A DNA stretch of 64,000 nucleotides, from the IMG/VR virus record IMGVR_UViG_3300025087_000039, positions 1-64,000 of that record. One strand, 5' to 3'. The stretch's first letter is position 1. Each line of letters opens with the position of its first letter. Shown here piece by piece: positions 8,716 to 17,883 of the stretch. The notes under the pieces were generated by a model, which saw only the letters and a program-made list of their open reading frames with translations, did no database searches and had not been told where the DNA came from. This stretch comes from an uncultured virus (IMG/VR IMGVR_UViG_3300025087_000039). Lineage: Duplodnaviria; Heunggongvirae; Uroviricota; Caudoviricetes. A program made the translations under genes and the position numbers.

Positions 8716-8775
8716 TTTGTTCTTTATCTAAAAAACTTTTTCTTAACCAAAATATTCAAATTTTTAATTTGTTCT
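8716..8775 (-). promoter_or_regulatory. Two AGAACAAA motifs (8716-8723, 8768-8775) in an 18-bp direct repeat
   Basis: TTTTTAATTTGTTCTTTA occurs twice upstream of queC. Confidence 0.6.
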
Positions 8776-8819
8776 TTAGGTTAAAAATACCTTCTTTTTT
8801 TCATTTATTCTTTTACTTT

Positions 8820-8840
8820 CTATATATATTAATAAATGAG
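8820..8840 (+). promoter_or_regulatory. Putative early phage promoter CTATATATATTAATAAATGAG
   Basis: 20/21 identical to 1780-1800. Confidence 0.75.
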
Positions 8841-8897
8841 TTATGAGTTGTTTATGTGGTTTTCATTCCTATATCAACCCTCAGAGAGGACATAACA

Positions 8898-9104
8898 ATG
8901 TCGGATATAATCGCTGTCGTTCATACCGAGGAAACGGTTGAAGAACTCATTCTCAAAAGCAGTACTTTCATCCTTTCCAAGAGAAACAAAAAAGGTGACC
9001 TCATGGAGGAAAGGGTGGTCTCGGAGAGAGAAGCAGATAAATGGTATAATAAGAATCAGAAGAAGGGAAACCTCTCAGTTCCCTTCGAATGGATGTTTGC
9101 GTAA
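8898..9104 (+). CDS. Hypothetical protein
   Basis: SD GAGAGGA before ATG 8898; first gene after the promoter motif. Confidence 0.6.
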   Translation: MSDIIAVVHTEETVEELILKSSTFILSKRNKKGDLMEERVVSEREADKWYNKNQKKGNLSVPFEWMFA

Positions 9105-9130
9105 TTATCAACCCTCAAATGGAGTCTTCA

Positions 9131-9340
9131 ATGATTCAAAATCCCTGTCTCCAAGGGGCTGGATTAGGGAGATTTCAAGTTCCCTTTTCCAAGGTGGTTG
9201 AATGTAATGACGCATCCCCGCCGGGATGTGCAACCTTTAAAAGAATTGGAACCTGGAAGGGATGGGAATCTTGCCCTTTCGGTGGGAACGCGGGATATCT
9301 GTTGATCGCCTTCCGGAGATGGGAAGAAAACAACAGATAA
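9131..9340 (+). CDS. Hypothetical protein
   Basis: SD GGAG before ATG 9131. Confidence 0.45.
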   Translation: MIQNPCLQGAGLGRFQVPFSKVVECNDASPPGCATFKRIGTWKGWESCPFGGNAGYLLIAFRRWEENNR

Positions 9341-9346
9341 GCAGAG

Positions 9347-9382
9347 GGGGCCGGATTGGTATTAGGAAATCAATCCGGCCCC
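9347..9382 (+). terminator. GC-rich hairpin (terminator or processing site)
   Basis: GGGGCCGGATTG/CAATCCGGCCCC 12-bp IR; no U-tract. Confidence 0.5.
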
Positions 9383-9413
9383 AGTGGAGTCAATCCCAGA
9401 CATGGAGAAAAAG

Positions 9414-9632
9414 ATGAACAGTTCATCATGTACTGTAAAAGAGATAACAATAAAAGATCTTAAACCTGGAGATAAATTTCGAATCAAAAGAAAAAAAGAT
9501 AAATTCTTGAAAACAGATTTAAAAGATATAGTGATGCATTTGGACACATTTAGATTATATGTGCTTTTGCCAAATATGGTTTGTGAAATTATTAAATATC
9601 AAAACAAAATAGTTTTAGATTTGAGTCAATAA
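9414..9632 (+). CDS. Hypothetical protein
   Basis: SD GGAG; IKDLKPGDKF motif common in small phage proteins. Confidence 0.55.
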   Translation: MNSSSCTVKEITIKDLKPGDKFRIKRKKDKFLKTDLKDIVMHLDTFRLYVLLPNMVCEIIKYQNKIVLDLSQ

Positions 9633-9805
9633 TGGATTTATGTCTCAAAATAATCGCCTTTGTGGTTGAAAGCGTATTTGCTTCAATGGTAACGTTAATA
9701 GGTTTAATTTTAAAAATCTCCCTTGAGATTTTGATAAAAATCTTTGAACTCATATTTCAATTGATAACCAAGGATGATGATAAAAATGAAACTCCAATAG
9801 TTTAA
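9632..9805 (+). CDS. Small hydrophobic protein (57 aa, absent from the ORF track)
   Basis: TAATG coupling with upstream ORF; MDLCLKIIAFVVESVFASMVTLIGLILK... Confidence 0.5.
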   Translation: MDLCLKIIAFVVESVFASMVTLIGLILKISLEILIKIFELIFQLITKDDDKNETPIV

Positions 9806-9816
9806 GGAGAAAGAAC

Positions 9817-10242
9817 ATGTTAGAGCTGACAAAGGAACAGAATGATATCATAAACCAATTGGGAGTCGATCAAAGAAATGCATTATTTGCGCTATTAGAT
9901 GTCAATAAATTTCCTAATGCAACCATGGATTCAATTAATAAATTGTTTATGATATTCTGTGCACAAAATCATAATGAATTTGCAAATCATCTCTTTTCCG
10001 AAATAATCGAAAATATAAACAAGCTTTTTACTATGGGAAAATGGGAAAAATTATATACAATTTTCGAGCACTTATTAAAACATAGGATTGAAGACTGTAT
10101 AAAGATGAAAAAAGAAATTGAACCTTATGAAGAAATATATTTAGACTTGGTTAAGTATATTAAAATATTCAGAGATGCTGGACTTATCAACCAACTCGCA
10201 ATTCTAAGAATGGCCCGAGAAAAAGGCCTTCTTTCCGAATAG
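9817..10242 (+). CDS. Hypothetical protein
   Basis: SD TAAGGAG; 141 aa. Confidence 0.7.
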   Translation: MLELTKEQNDIINQLGVDQRNALFALLDVNKFPNATMDSINKLFMIFCAQNHNEFANHLFSEIIENINKLFTMGKWEKLYTIFEHLLKHRIEDCIKMKKEIEPYEEIYLDLVKYIKIFRDAGLINQLAILRMAREKGLLSE

Positions 10243-10326
10243 GAAGTTCATTTACCAACGCCAGATAAAGAATGGCGTTCATTGTGTAATTCACCCAAAA
10301 CAATGTTACATGAAAGCGAGGACACA

Positions 10327-11175
10327 ATGGAAGATGGATGCCAAGTCGGAGAAGAGAAGGGTACGGAGAACAAGAAGGCGAAGGAATACCTGAAACATGT
10401 GGCCAAGAAAACAACCACAAAGGTCCTTCGGACGATGAAGATCACCCTGGTCATGATCCTGGGAATGATCGTTCTCTTCGCGGCCTTCGGGGGCTTCAGC
10501 TCCCAAGGCATGAAGGACGTGGCGAGCTCCGTGGGAAACAGCCTCACCGGGGCCAAGGACATGTATCTGGCCTTGAAGGCGATCTCCGGCGAAAACCAGC
10601 TCGCCAAGGACGTTGTTGAGGAACTCCGGGCTGAGGTGAAGAATCCGGAGTTCCTCGGTTTCAGGTTCGTGACGGTCGATGGGATGCAGGTGATCACCAA
10701 CGAGGAGGGGATGAAGAATCCCCATATCCTCAAGGGCCTCGTTTTCCAGGCCAAGGAGAATGGCCAGGACAGCGTCGTCTTCCCGTGGACGATATACCGG
10801 GATCTGGTGGAGGGAGCAGTGATTGCGCCAATCACCTCTGCCGGCATGGTCCTGGGTCCCGAGACAACCATGTCCTGGCTGATCAAGAGGATGATCAGCC
10901 AGGGCATCAGCAAGCCCTGGTGGGTAGTTGAGAACAGGAATGAAATCGTGGTTCCCCTTGGGACAACGGAGTTTGGCCCCATGGTCTACGGAGAGGAAAA
11001 AACCCTCCTCTCCGGCCTGTTCGGCGGCCCCCCTTCCTTCAAGTCCTGGGTTGACTTCCCGGCTCAGGAAAAAACCCTCAAGTTCAAAGCGGATGGATCG
11101 GTCGACAGCGGAACGAAGTACGTCGACGAGATCCAGGACTTCGCCAAGGACAAGATCAAGGAAGCCGTGAAGTAG
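10327..11175 (+). CDS. GC-rich membrane-anchored hypothetical protein
   Basis: SD GAGG before ATG 10327; TM helix ITLVMILGMIVLFAAFGGF; strong G/C third-position bias. Confidence 0.75.
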   Translation: MEDGCQVGEEKGTENKKAKEYLKHVAKKTTTKVLRTMKITLVMILGMIVLFAAFGGFSSQGMKDVASSVGNSLTGAKDMYLALKAISGENQLAKDVVEELRAEVKNPEFLGFRFVTVDGMQVITNEEGMKNPHILKGLVFQAKENGQDSVVFPWTIYRDLVEGAVIAPITSAGMVLGPETTMSWLIKRMISQGISKPWWVVENRNEIVVPLGTTEFGPMVYGEEKTLLSGLFGGPPSFKSWVDFPAQEKTLKFKADGSVDSGTKYVDEIQDFAKDKIKEAVK

Positions 11176-11713
11176 AATTCTATCATGTCCGAAACCTTCT
11201 GGAGGCCGGCAGGGCACGGAAGGAATTAGGCGAAGTAGAATTTGTGTGGTTTTTCCCGGGCTACGGCCTCAGCCTGGGATTAGCCGCTGGACTTGCCAAG
11301 AGCCCAACGGCCGAAGCAAATGGGGGAAGGGAAGTGCGTCAAGGCGCTTGTATCTTGATGACTTCATGTTAAGGCGACAGCGAATACCCTCACGGGGAAA
11401 GTCTGTAAGTCCACATCCAAACCTTCCCCCATTAAAAGAATGAAGGAAAGGGTTCCCCCAAGTTAACAGATCTTGGGGGAACCACCTTGCTGGCCGGCAA
11501 ACTCACTTACATGGGCCTCTGCCATAAGACCGCATAAAACTTTCCTTCACCAAGGGCTCTTTAGACGTCTAAAGGGTCCTGGGCGGTGGGGTACAAATCC
11601 GAGTGAGTTGCATCGGTCTACCCCACCGCCCAAAAAGAAAAGGGTTGGGCCTGGAGCGGGAACACCAAACCGTGCAAGAAGGCATTGCACACATCACCGC
11701 TCCAGGCCCTAAC
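11175..11713 (+). ncRNA. Candidate ~540-nt structured ncRNA (seven helical domains, possible pseudoknot)
   Basis: Perfect stems 11319-11330/11422-11433, 11441-11450/11540-11549, 11451-11462/11472-11483, 11580-11593/11619-11632, 11647-11659/11697-11709, plus GU-containing stems and A-rich linkers. Confidence 0.6.
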
Positions 11714-11787
11714 ACAAAAATTTATTTTTTTTAAATCTAATTCTAAATGTTCTAAAAAACTACTAAAAAAGAACCAGAGGAAACCCC

Positions 11788-12969
11788 ATGAGCGATCTGA
11801 TCGAGATTTTGTTCAGTTTTGATACGACAGGAAGTATGTATCCCTGTCTATCACAAGTTCGAAGAGTTCTTAAACAAAGTATTGAGAGACTTTTTAAGGA
11901 CATACCAAATTTAAGAATCTCAGTCTTGGCCCATGGAGATTATTGTGATAAAAATAGAACCTATGTTACGACATTTTTAAATCTGAGCAACAATATGACA
12001 AATATTACAAACTTTGTTATGAACATTGGTCCAACTGGTGGGGGCGACAGTCCCGAATGTTATGAAAAAGTTCTAAGGCAGGCAAGAACTGAAATTTCAT
12101 GGACTCCTGGAAGCAAAAAATTGATTGTCATCATTGGAGATGATATTCCACACCCTCCACATTATAATATGAACACTGAAAAAATTGATTGGAGAAAAGA
12201 ATTAGATCTTTTAAAAGAGATGGGAATTCAAGTTTATGGGGTTCATGCAATGCCAGGAATTCGAAGACACTCAAAACCATTCTATATGGAAATTGCTAAT
12301 AAAACAGGAGGGTTCTATTTAACTCTTGAACAATTTTCTGACATTATGAATTTAATTATGGGAGTCTGTTATAATCAAAATAATTCATTAAATCAATTCA
12401 ATGATGAAATTGAAAGATCAGGTTTTATGACAGTTTCTCTTAAAAAATCATTTGATGCCCTCAGAGGAATTTCAATTGAAAAAGATTATTCCGAGTATGA
12501 TTTTGAATATGAAGATCCATATTTTGAAAAACCGAAAAGAACATCATATAGAGATATTCGAAGGGTAACGAAAAAATCAGGAGAATTTAAAAATCTCCCT
12601 GAAGGTCTTGAAATTATTCCTTCAGGAAGATTTCAAGTTATTCCTGTCGATTCAACCATTGATATAAAAACGTTTGTTTCGTCTCAAGGAATTCCTTTTC
12701 AAAAAGGTAGAGGTTTTTATGAACTCTCAAAGTCAGTTAAAGTACAGCAATACAAAGAAATCATTTTAATGAATAAAAGGACAGGAGAATTTTTTGGTGG
12801 AAAAGAAGCTCGACTTATTTTAGGCCTTAAACCTCAAACGGCAAGTGGAGGGATAACTGAAAGACTTCCAAATATTGAACTATCAAATTGGAGGGTATTT
12901 ATTCAGTCAACTTCAAATAACCGAAAACTCATTGCAGGCACGACATTTTTGTATGAGGTTATTGACTAA
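11788..12969 (+). CDS. vWA (MIDAS) domain protein with conserved C-terminal domain
   Basis: FSFDTTGSM, HGDYCD, TGGGDSPECYE, IIGDDIPH; C-terminal FQKGRGFYEL...FIQSTSNNRKL. Confidence 0.85.
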   Translation: MSDLIEILFSFDTTGSMYPCLSQVRRVLKQSIERLFKDIPNLRISVLAHGDYCDKNRTYVTTFLNLSNNMTNITNFVMNIGPTGGGDSPECYEKVLRQARTEISWTPGSKKLIVIIGDDIPHPPHYNMNTEKIDWRKELDLLKEMGIQVYGVHAMPGIRRHSKPFYMEIANKTGGFYLTLEQFSDIMNLIMGVCYNQNNSLNQFNDEIERSGFMTVSLKKSFDALRGISIEKDYSEYDFEYEDPYFEKPKRTSYRDIRRVTKKSGEFKNLPEGLEIIPSGRFQVIPVDSTIDIKTFVSSQGIPFQKGRGFYELSKSVKVQQYKEIILMNKRTGEFFGGKEARLILGLKPQTASGGITERLPNIELSNWRVFIQSTSNNRKLIAGTTFLYEVID

Positions 12970-12976
12970 GAAATCT

Positions 12977-13018
12977 TTCGCCAATGGGGTCTATGTCTAA
13001 CCGGACCCCATTGGCGAA
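12977..13018. terminator. Hairpin terminator between convergent blocks
   Basis: 15-bp perfect IR TTCGCCAATGGGGTC/GACCCCATTGGCGAA. Confidence 0.75.
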
Positions 13019-13031
13019 TAAACATTTTTAT

Positions 13032-14057
13032 TTATTTCCATAATTCTAAATTTTTTTTGCAAATTTTTATAAAATTGAGATTTCCATCTTGAACTTCATT
13101 TGATAAATTTTGTTTTAAAATATCTAAATTTTTTATGGCTTTAAAAATTATCTTTTCAAGATTATTTTCATCGAATATAAAAACCCCTTTTATTTTTTTG
13201 TAAAAATTTAGAAATCTTGTTGTGTCTCTAACAAGCAAAGGTGTTCCAGCCATAAGAACTTCTGTTAAAACTCTTGGACATCCATCTTGCTTATTTGAAG
13301 TAACCAATCCTAATTTAGATTTATTCAATAATTCATTCATAGTTCTTCTATCTATAGATCCAATAAATTCAATATTATTAACGTTATATTTTTTACAAAG
13401 TTGTTTTCCCAATTCTGGTTTATTTCCACAATGAACAATTTGTAATGTTTTTAAATATTTTGAATTTGAAATTTTTTGAATAAAATATTCTTGTCCTTTA
13501 TATCCGATTTGTGTAAAATTACATGGCCAACAAATATCGTATTTTAATTCTTTATTTTTAATAGGATAAAATACATCAGGGCTTGCTGTTTTAAAAAATG
13601 GTAAATGTTTAGGACTTGATAATTCAGAATTATCCTCGACTAAAATATAGTCATAAATTCCCCCATATACAGGGTTGACTCTTTTTGAAGATCCTAGATA
13701 TAATTTTAATCCAAAGAATTTAGGATTCTTTTTTGTAATTTCACAATATGATTTAAATCCTCCTCTAAAAAAACTTATATCAGGTTTTTCTTTTTCTTTA
13801 AAACATTCATCAAAAGACTTAACCCATTTTTGAATATATCTTCGATTATCAAATTCAAAAATTATAGACTCTTTTGGTTTATCAGTTAATCTCCAAATGA
13901 TGACTTCATCGAAAATTCCTTCTTGATAAAAATAAAAAGGCATCATCAAATAAAAGTCATGACAATTTCTAAAAAAATCCAATTGATTGGTATACTTATG
14001 GTAGTATTCTAAATTCTTCAAATCGGTTCTAAACATCCAAAATATTTTTTTTCTCAT
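13032..14057 (-). CDS. GT-B (GT4-like) glycosyltransferase
   Basis: KGQEYF...FIGSIDR...SNKQDGCPRVLTEVLMAGTP. Confidence 0.8.
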   Translation of the reverse strand: MRKKIFWMFRTDLKNLEYYHKYTNQLDFFRNCHDFYLMMPFYFYQEGIFDEVIIWRLTDKPKESIIFEFDNRRYIQKWVKSFDECFKEKEKPDISFFRGGFKSYCEITKKNPKFFGLKLYLGSSKRVNPVYGGIYDYILVEDNSELSSPKHLPFFKTASPDVFYPIKNKELKYDICWPCNFTQIGYKGQEYFIQKISNSKYLKTLQIVHCGNKPELGKQLCKKYNVNNIEFIGSIDRRTMNELLNKSKLGLVTSNKQDGCPRVLTEVLMAGTPLLVRDTTRFLNFYKKIKGVFIFDENNLEKIIFKAIKNLDILKQNLSNEVQDGNLNFIKICKKNLELWK

Positions 14058-14740
14058 TTTATTGTGGCCTTCATGGGTTCAAAGTTTTTAATTTCATTAT
14101 ATTCAACTCTCATACATTTTAAACCCCAAACAGATAAACTATTTAAAGTTATAAAATTTCCATTATATTTATTTGATGCCCATAGATCTAAATTTACAAT
14201 ATCTTTTGTTCTTTTATGACTTATTGTAAATTCTTTTTTTAAATCACTATTTTTCAAATAATGTTCTAATAAATATCTTGATGAATCGATATTTATTTTT
14301 CTTGCTAAATATCCAACTAAATGAAAACTATTTTTTCCTGTGTACCTAATTTCAACCTTTTGAAAAAATGACGCATCTGTTAATGTTTCATATGTTTTTA
14401 TCGCTGCGTATTTTGCCATTGTCCAATTTTCGGTGTCAATATCGACAATGCAAAAATTCTCATGTGTTTCCATAGTCGTATGAATTGAGACGGTTCTTCC
14501 AGACATAATTTTATCATAATTCGAAGATGAAAATTTTATATAATCATTATTCAATTTTCTCTTAACTATAAATTCATTTTCATTTGTAGCTAAAAAAATC
14601 ATAGCCCTATGTCTACTTAATTCTTGTAATAAGTTCACTTTTTCTTTTTGATAATAATTCCAAATATCTATCTCAGTTAAACCTTTTGGATAATATTTAT
14701 TTTTAATAATTATTGTATCTGGATGTTCGGGATATGACAT
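14054..14740 (-). CDS. Stand-alone LigD-type primase-polymerase (AEP) domain
   Basis: HPDTIII.NKYYP.GLTE.DIWNYY, IVDID, YTGKNSFH, VNLD motifs. Confidence 0.75.
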   Translation of the reverse strand: MSYPEHPDTIIIKNKYYPKGLTEIDIWNYYQKEKVNLLQELSRHRAMIFLATNENEFIVKRKLNNDYIKFSSSNYDKIMSGRTVSIHTTMETHENFCIVDIDTENWTMAKYAAIKTYETLTDASFFQKVEIRYTGKNSFHLVGYLARKINIDSSRYLLEHYLKNSDLKKEFTISHKRTKDIVNLDLWASNKYNGNFITLNSLSVWGLKCMRVEYNEIKNFEPMKATIK

Positions 14741-14752
14741 TTTTAAGTTTTC

Positions 14753-15340
14753 CTAACTTTTAAATCCAGAAATTAAAAAGATTTTTTTTCCTGGCTTTTT
14801 TGGATTTTCTATTGTGTATCTTTGAATATATCTATTATCAAAAATATTTTTATAACGATCTAGAACTTCTTCAATTGTTTTAAAAAATCTAACATGAGAT
14901 TCAAAATTAGAATTAGGAACTGAAATAATTATGACAGAATTTTTTGGAATTAGACTTAATACCTTTATGTCATCTTGAATGTGTTCTAATGTTTCCAATA
15001 AAATGAAAGTGTTATAATTTTCAAAACCATTCTTTTTATGAAATTCAAAAAGATCTATGTTCTCAAAATTAAATTCTGGATACATTTTTTTAGCTATGTT
15101 AATTGCAGTTTTAGAGAAATCAATTCCTGTGTATTTCTTAAATCCTTTTTTCTTTATTAGACTTGCTATTTTTCCAGTGCCACAACCAACATCTAAAATT
15201 ATTCGTTCTGAACAAATTGTTGGAATAGAGTCAACAGCTTTTTTATACAATTCATAATATCCACTTTCTTCAATATTTTTTAAATGCTTAGGATTTTTAT
15301 ATACCTTATCATAATATTCTGGAGGCATCTCTTTTTTCAT
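14753..15340 (-). CDS. Class I SAM-dependent methyltransferase
   Basis: ILDVGCGTG, GIDFS, LETLEHI. Confidence 0.9.
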   Translation of the reverse strand: MKKEMPPEYYDKVYKNPKHLKNIEESGYYELYKKAVDSIPTICSERIILDVGCGTGKIASLIKKKGFKKYTGIDFSKTAINIAKKMYPEFNFENIDLFEFHKKNGFENYNTFILLETLEHIQDDIKVLSLIPKNSVIIISVPNSNFESHVRFFKTIEEVLDRYKNIFDNRYIQRYTIENPKKPGKKIFLISGFKS

Positions 15341-15343
15341 TTT

Positions 15344-16267
15344 TTAGAAAAGCTCCTTTTTTATAATCTTAGTCATTTCTTTTATCCTATAATCATTACT
15401 TAAATATTGTTGTGCAAATTTATTTCCTTCTTTGGCTATTTTAGTTCTCTCTTTTTCATGTTCTAAATAATAAAAAATTTTATTTCTTAAATCAATTAAA
15501 TCAGAATATATAACCAAGTGTTTGCCGTCCTCTAACCCAATTCTTTCTAGATCGGGGGGACGGTCTGCTAAAACAAAAGTTCCACATCCAAGAAACTCAC
15601 TATATTTCATATTAAATGAGCCAAATATATTATTTGAGATCACAGCAATACTTGAGCGATTTATTGCGTTAATATATGCTTGATGAGTGACCCTTCTCAT
15701 ATAAACTTTTAATTTTGTTTTAGAAAGCATTTTATTTATTTTAGATCTATTAGGATAAACATCTGATCTTTGTGTCGAACTTGTAATTACGTCAAAAACT
15801 TTTTCTAACCCAAGTCTTTTATAAACTTCCATATCAGAAGAAAATGGTAAAAAATAAGATGGAACATTTATTCCATTTTTCTTAAGATCTTCAACCTGTC
15901 TATATTGTCTAACAAAAAATAAATCAAATTTATTTTTTTTCATAAATTCATGTTGTCTTGGCCAACTTCCTTTATAACCAGAAGGATGTTTTGGAAAATA
16001 ATCAACAACAAAATGAACCTTTGGAATATGTTTAACATCTTCCAATCCATTAAATTCTAAAGTATATCTTAAGCCACATGTAAAAACAAAATCAAAATTA
16101 TTACCATATTCGTTTATAACATCCATAACTCTTTTTTTTGGATCAAAGTTTGGAAACCCTGAACCATAAAAAACTACATCATGAAATTTAGCTATATCAT
16201 TTCTAAATCTCTGATGCCCCCAATTATAACGCCCAATTAAATTTGGGCTTAAAACTAAAATTCTCAT
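15344..16267 (-). CDS. CgeB-like GT-B glycosyltransferase
   Basis: FNMKYSEFLGCGTFVLAD...EDGKHLVIY...ERTKIAKEG. Confidence 0.8.
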   Translation of the reverse strand: MRILVLSPNLIGRYNWGHQRFRNDIAKFHDVVFYGSGFPNFDPKKRVMDVINEYGNNFDFVFTCGLRYTLEFNGLEDVKHIPKVHFVVDYFPKHPSGYKGSWPRQHEFMKKNKFDLFFVRQYRQVEDLKKNGINVPSYFLPFSSDMEVYKRLGLEKVFDVITSSTQRSDVYPNRSKINKMLSKTKLKVYMRRVTHQAYINAINRSSIAVISNNIFGSFNMKYSEFLGCGTFVLADRPPDLERIGLEDGKHLVIYSDLIDLRNKIFYYLEHEKERTKIAKEGNKFAQQYLSNDYRIKEMTKIIKKELF

Positions 16268-16270
16268 ATC

Positions 16271-16909
16271 TTAACCTCTTTTTTGAAAATTGGTAGAAAG
16301 CCAGCAATACCGAATCATTTTTCCCCTATTCTTTTCCAAAGTATATTTTTTTATATCATAACTATTATATAAATATGTTTTATCTATAAAAGGCATAATC
16401 TTATCAGTATACCATTTCTTATGAAAATCATCAAAAAGAACAATCGTTTTTTCTGTCACAAAATTTTCTAAAATAATTGGAATGTGATCGGGTCTATTTT
16501 TTGTTTGATCTATATCAATAAATACTAAATCAAAATCTCGTTTTTCATTTTTAAATTTATTCCAGACTGAAAAATTTTCATCTAATAAACCCTTTTTCTC
16601 AACAAATTTTTTTGTCTTCAATAACCAATCTTTATCAGTGTCTATAGACCAAATTTTCATATCTTTGGTTCCATAACGCTTTCGATAAAATCTTAAAATA
16701 TAAGATGAAAAACCACTGCCTAAATCCAATACACTTTTACAATTAAAAAGTTCCATTAAAATCAAAAGAAAAACTGAACATTCAATTGACGCAGCCGCAC
16801 CTCCACTTGAGATGGTTGTAATATATTCATTATATTCATCAATAATCCCTTCAAAATATTTTTCATATAAATCTTTAAAATTATTTTCTATTTTCTTTTC
16901 TATACCCAT
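16271..16909 (-). CDS. Class I SAM-dependent methyltransferase (Methyltransf_24-like)
   Basis: VLDLGSGFSS, FDLVFID, VLFDD. Confidence 0.75.
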   Translation of the reverse strand: MGIEKKIENNFKDLYEKYFEGIIDEYNEYITTISSGGAAASIECSVFLLILMELFNCKSVLDLGSGFSSYILRFYRKRYGTKDMKIWSIDTDKDWLLKTKKFVEKKGLLDENFSVWNKFKNEKRDFDLVFIDIDQTKNRPDHIPIILENFVTEKTIVLFDDFHKKWYTDKIMPFIDKTYLYNSYDIKKYTLEKNRGKMIRYCWLSTNFQKRG

Positions 16910-16910
16910 T

Positions 16911-17258
16911 CTATCGTTCTCCAGTTATTTTTATTTTCTTTTGAACTTTTATAGCTTGAAAAATAGGAATGATTTTTTTTGATAAAACATACGGATTATC
17001 AGATGTAATTGGACCTTTAATATTTTTTAAAATCAATATTTCTTTGGCTTTAATATTTCTCCAGAAAAATATACTTTTAACTTGACAATAATAAGTACAT
17101 CTTTTTAATTCTTTATTATATTTAAAAAGAATTCGATATGTCATTTCTCCATATCTATTTTTTAGATCTTTATTAATATCAAAAACAATGTCAGATATTA
17201 ACAAATCTGAATATCTAAAAACTCGACCTTTTTTATCAATTCTCTTTTGAACAATCAT
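16911..17258 (-). CDS. Hypothetical basic protein
   Basis: 115-aa ORF in operon. Confidence 0.55.
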   Translation of the reverse strand: MIVQKRIDKKGRVFRYSDLLISDIVFDINKDLKNRYGEMTYRILFKYNKELKRCTYYCQVKSIFFWRNIKAKEILILKNIKGPITSDNPYVLSKKIIPIFQAIKVQKKIKITGER

Positions 17259-17273
17259 TGTTCACGCCCTTAA

Positions 17274-17879
17274 TTAAAAAGGATATTGAAGTTTTCTTAC
17301 GATAAAGCCTTCAGCGTATAAATCAGGCTCAGTGGATATTTCACTTGCCCAAAAAGATTCTCTTCTATCTATAAGATTGTGATTAATTGCATTTAACTCA
17401 AGTTGACTTTTAAAACAATCAACAATTTTTCTTTTTCTTTCTTTATCAATTATATTATAAACTGTAGGATAAAAATCATATGTTGAACCGCTGGAATAAA
17501 AGAATGTTGTCAAATTTCTTTTTCTTCCTACCGACCGGCCTATAAAAGCGGCTTGAACATGATGCTGATGGCTATCTTTTTCAAACATTGAAAAAATAAT
17601 ATCTGGCTTAATCAAATCTAATTCACCTATAATATCTGATGGGTCTAAAATATCTCCAGTAAAAAGAAAAATTCTATCTCTTGAAATTTTCATTAAATCG
17701 GAAGCACATATTTGTTCTTGAATTCTTATCTCTGGATCTCCAGTTCTTGTTTCATCACTATTTAAAATTGCTAAATAAACTTCATCATTTTTATCTATAT
17801 GTTTATTTAATGTTCCGGAACATGCAACTTCTATATCATCAAAATGAGCTCCAATTGCTAAAATTCTTTTCATATTCAC
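17274..17879 (-). CDS. PIG-L family de-N-acetylase
   Basis: ILAIGAHFDDIE, DSHQHH, FKSQ, AEGF. Confidence 0.85.
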   Translation of the reverse strand: MNMKRILAIGAHFDDIEVACSGTLNKHIDKNDEVYLAILNSDETRTGDPEIRIQEQICASDLMKISRDRIFLFTGDILDPSDIIGELDLIKPDIIFSMFEKDSHQHHVQAAFIGRSVGRKRNLTTFFYSSGSTYDFYPTVYNIIDKERKRKIVDCFKSQLELNAINHNLIDRRESFWASEISTEPDLYAEGFIVRKLQYPF

Positions 17880-17883
17880 TCCT

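Noticed and set aside
10248..11217. Long antisense and alternate-frame ORFs (244, 303, 93 aa)
   Set aside because: Shadow ORFs caused by the GC-rich codon bias of the plus-strand gene
11385..11635. RNase P RNA-like words (GGGGAAAGTCTG, CGGTGGGGTA)
   Set aside because: No 3' ACAGAA..CGGCTTA P4 partner is visible, and CGGTGGGGTA is locked in a 14-bp local stem
11246..11712. ORFs of 65 and 79 aa in the structured region
   Set aside because: GTG/TTG starts without clear SD, Pro/Arg/Gly-rich composition; hairpins explain the sequence better
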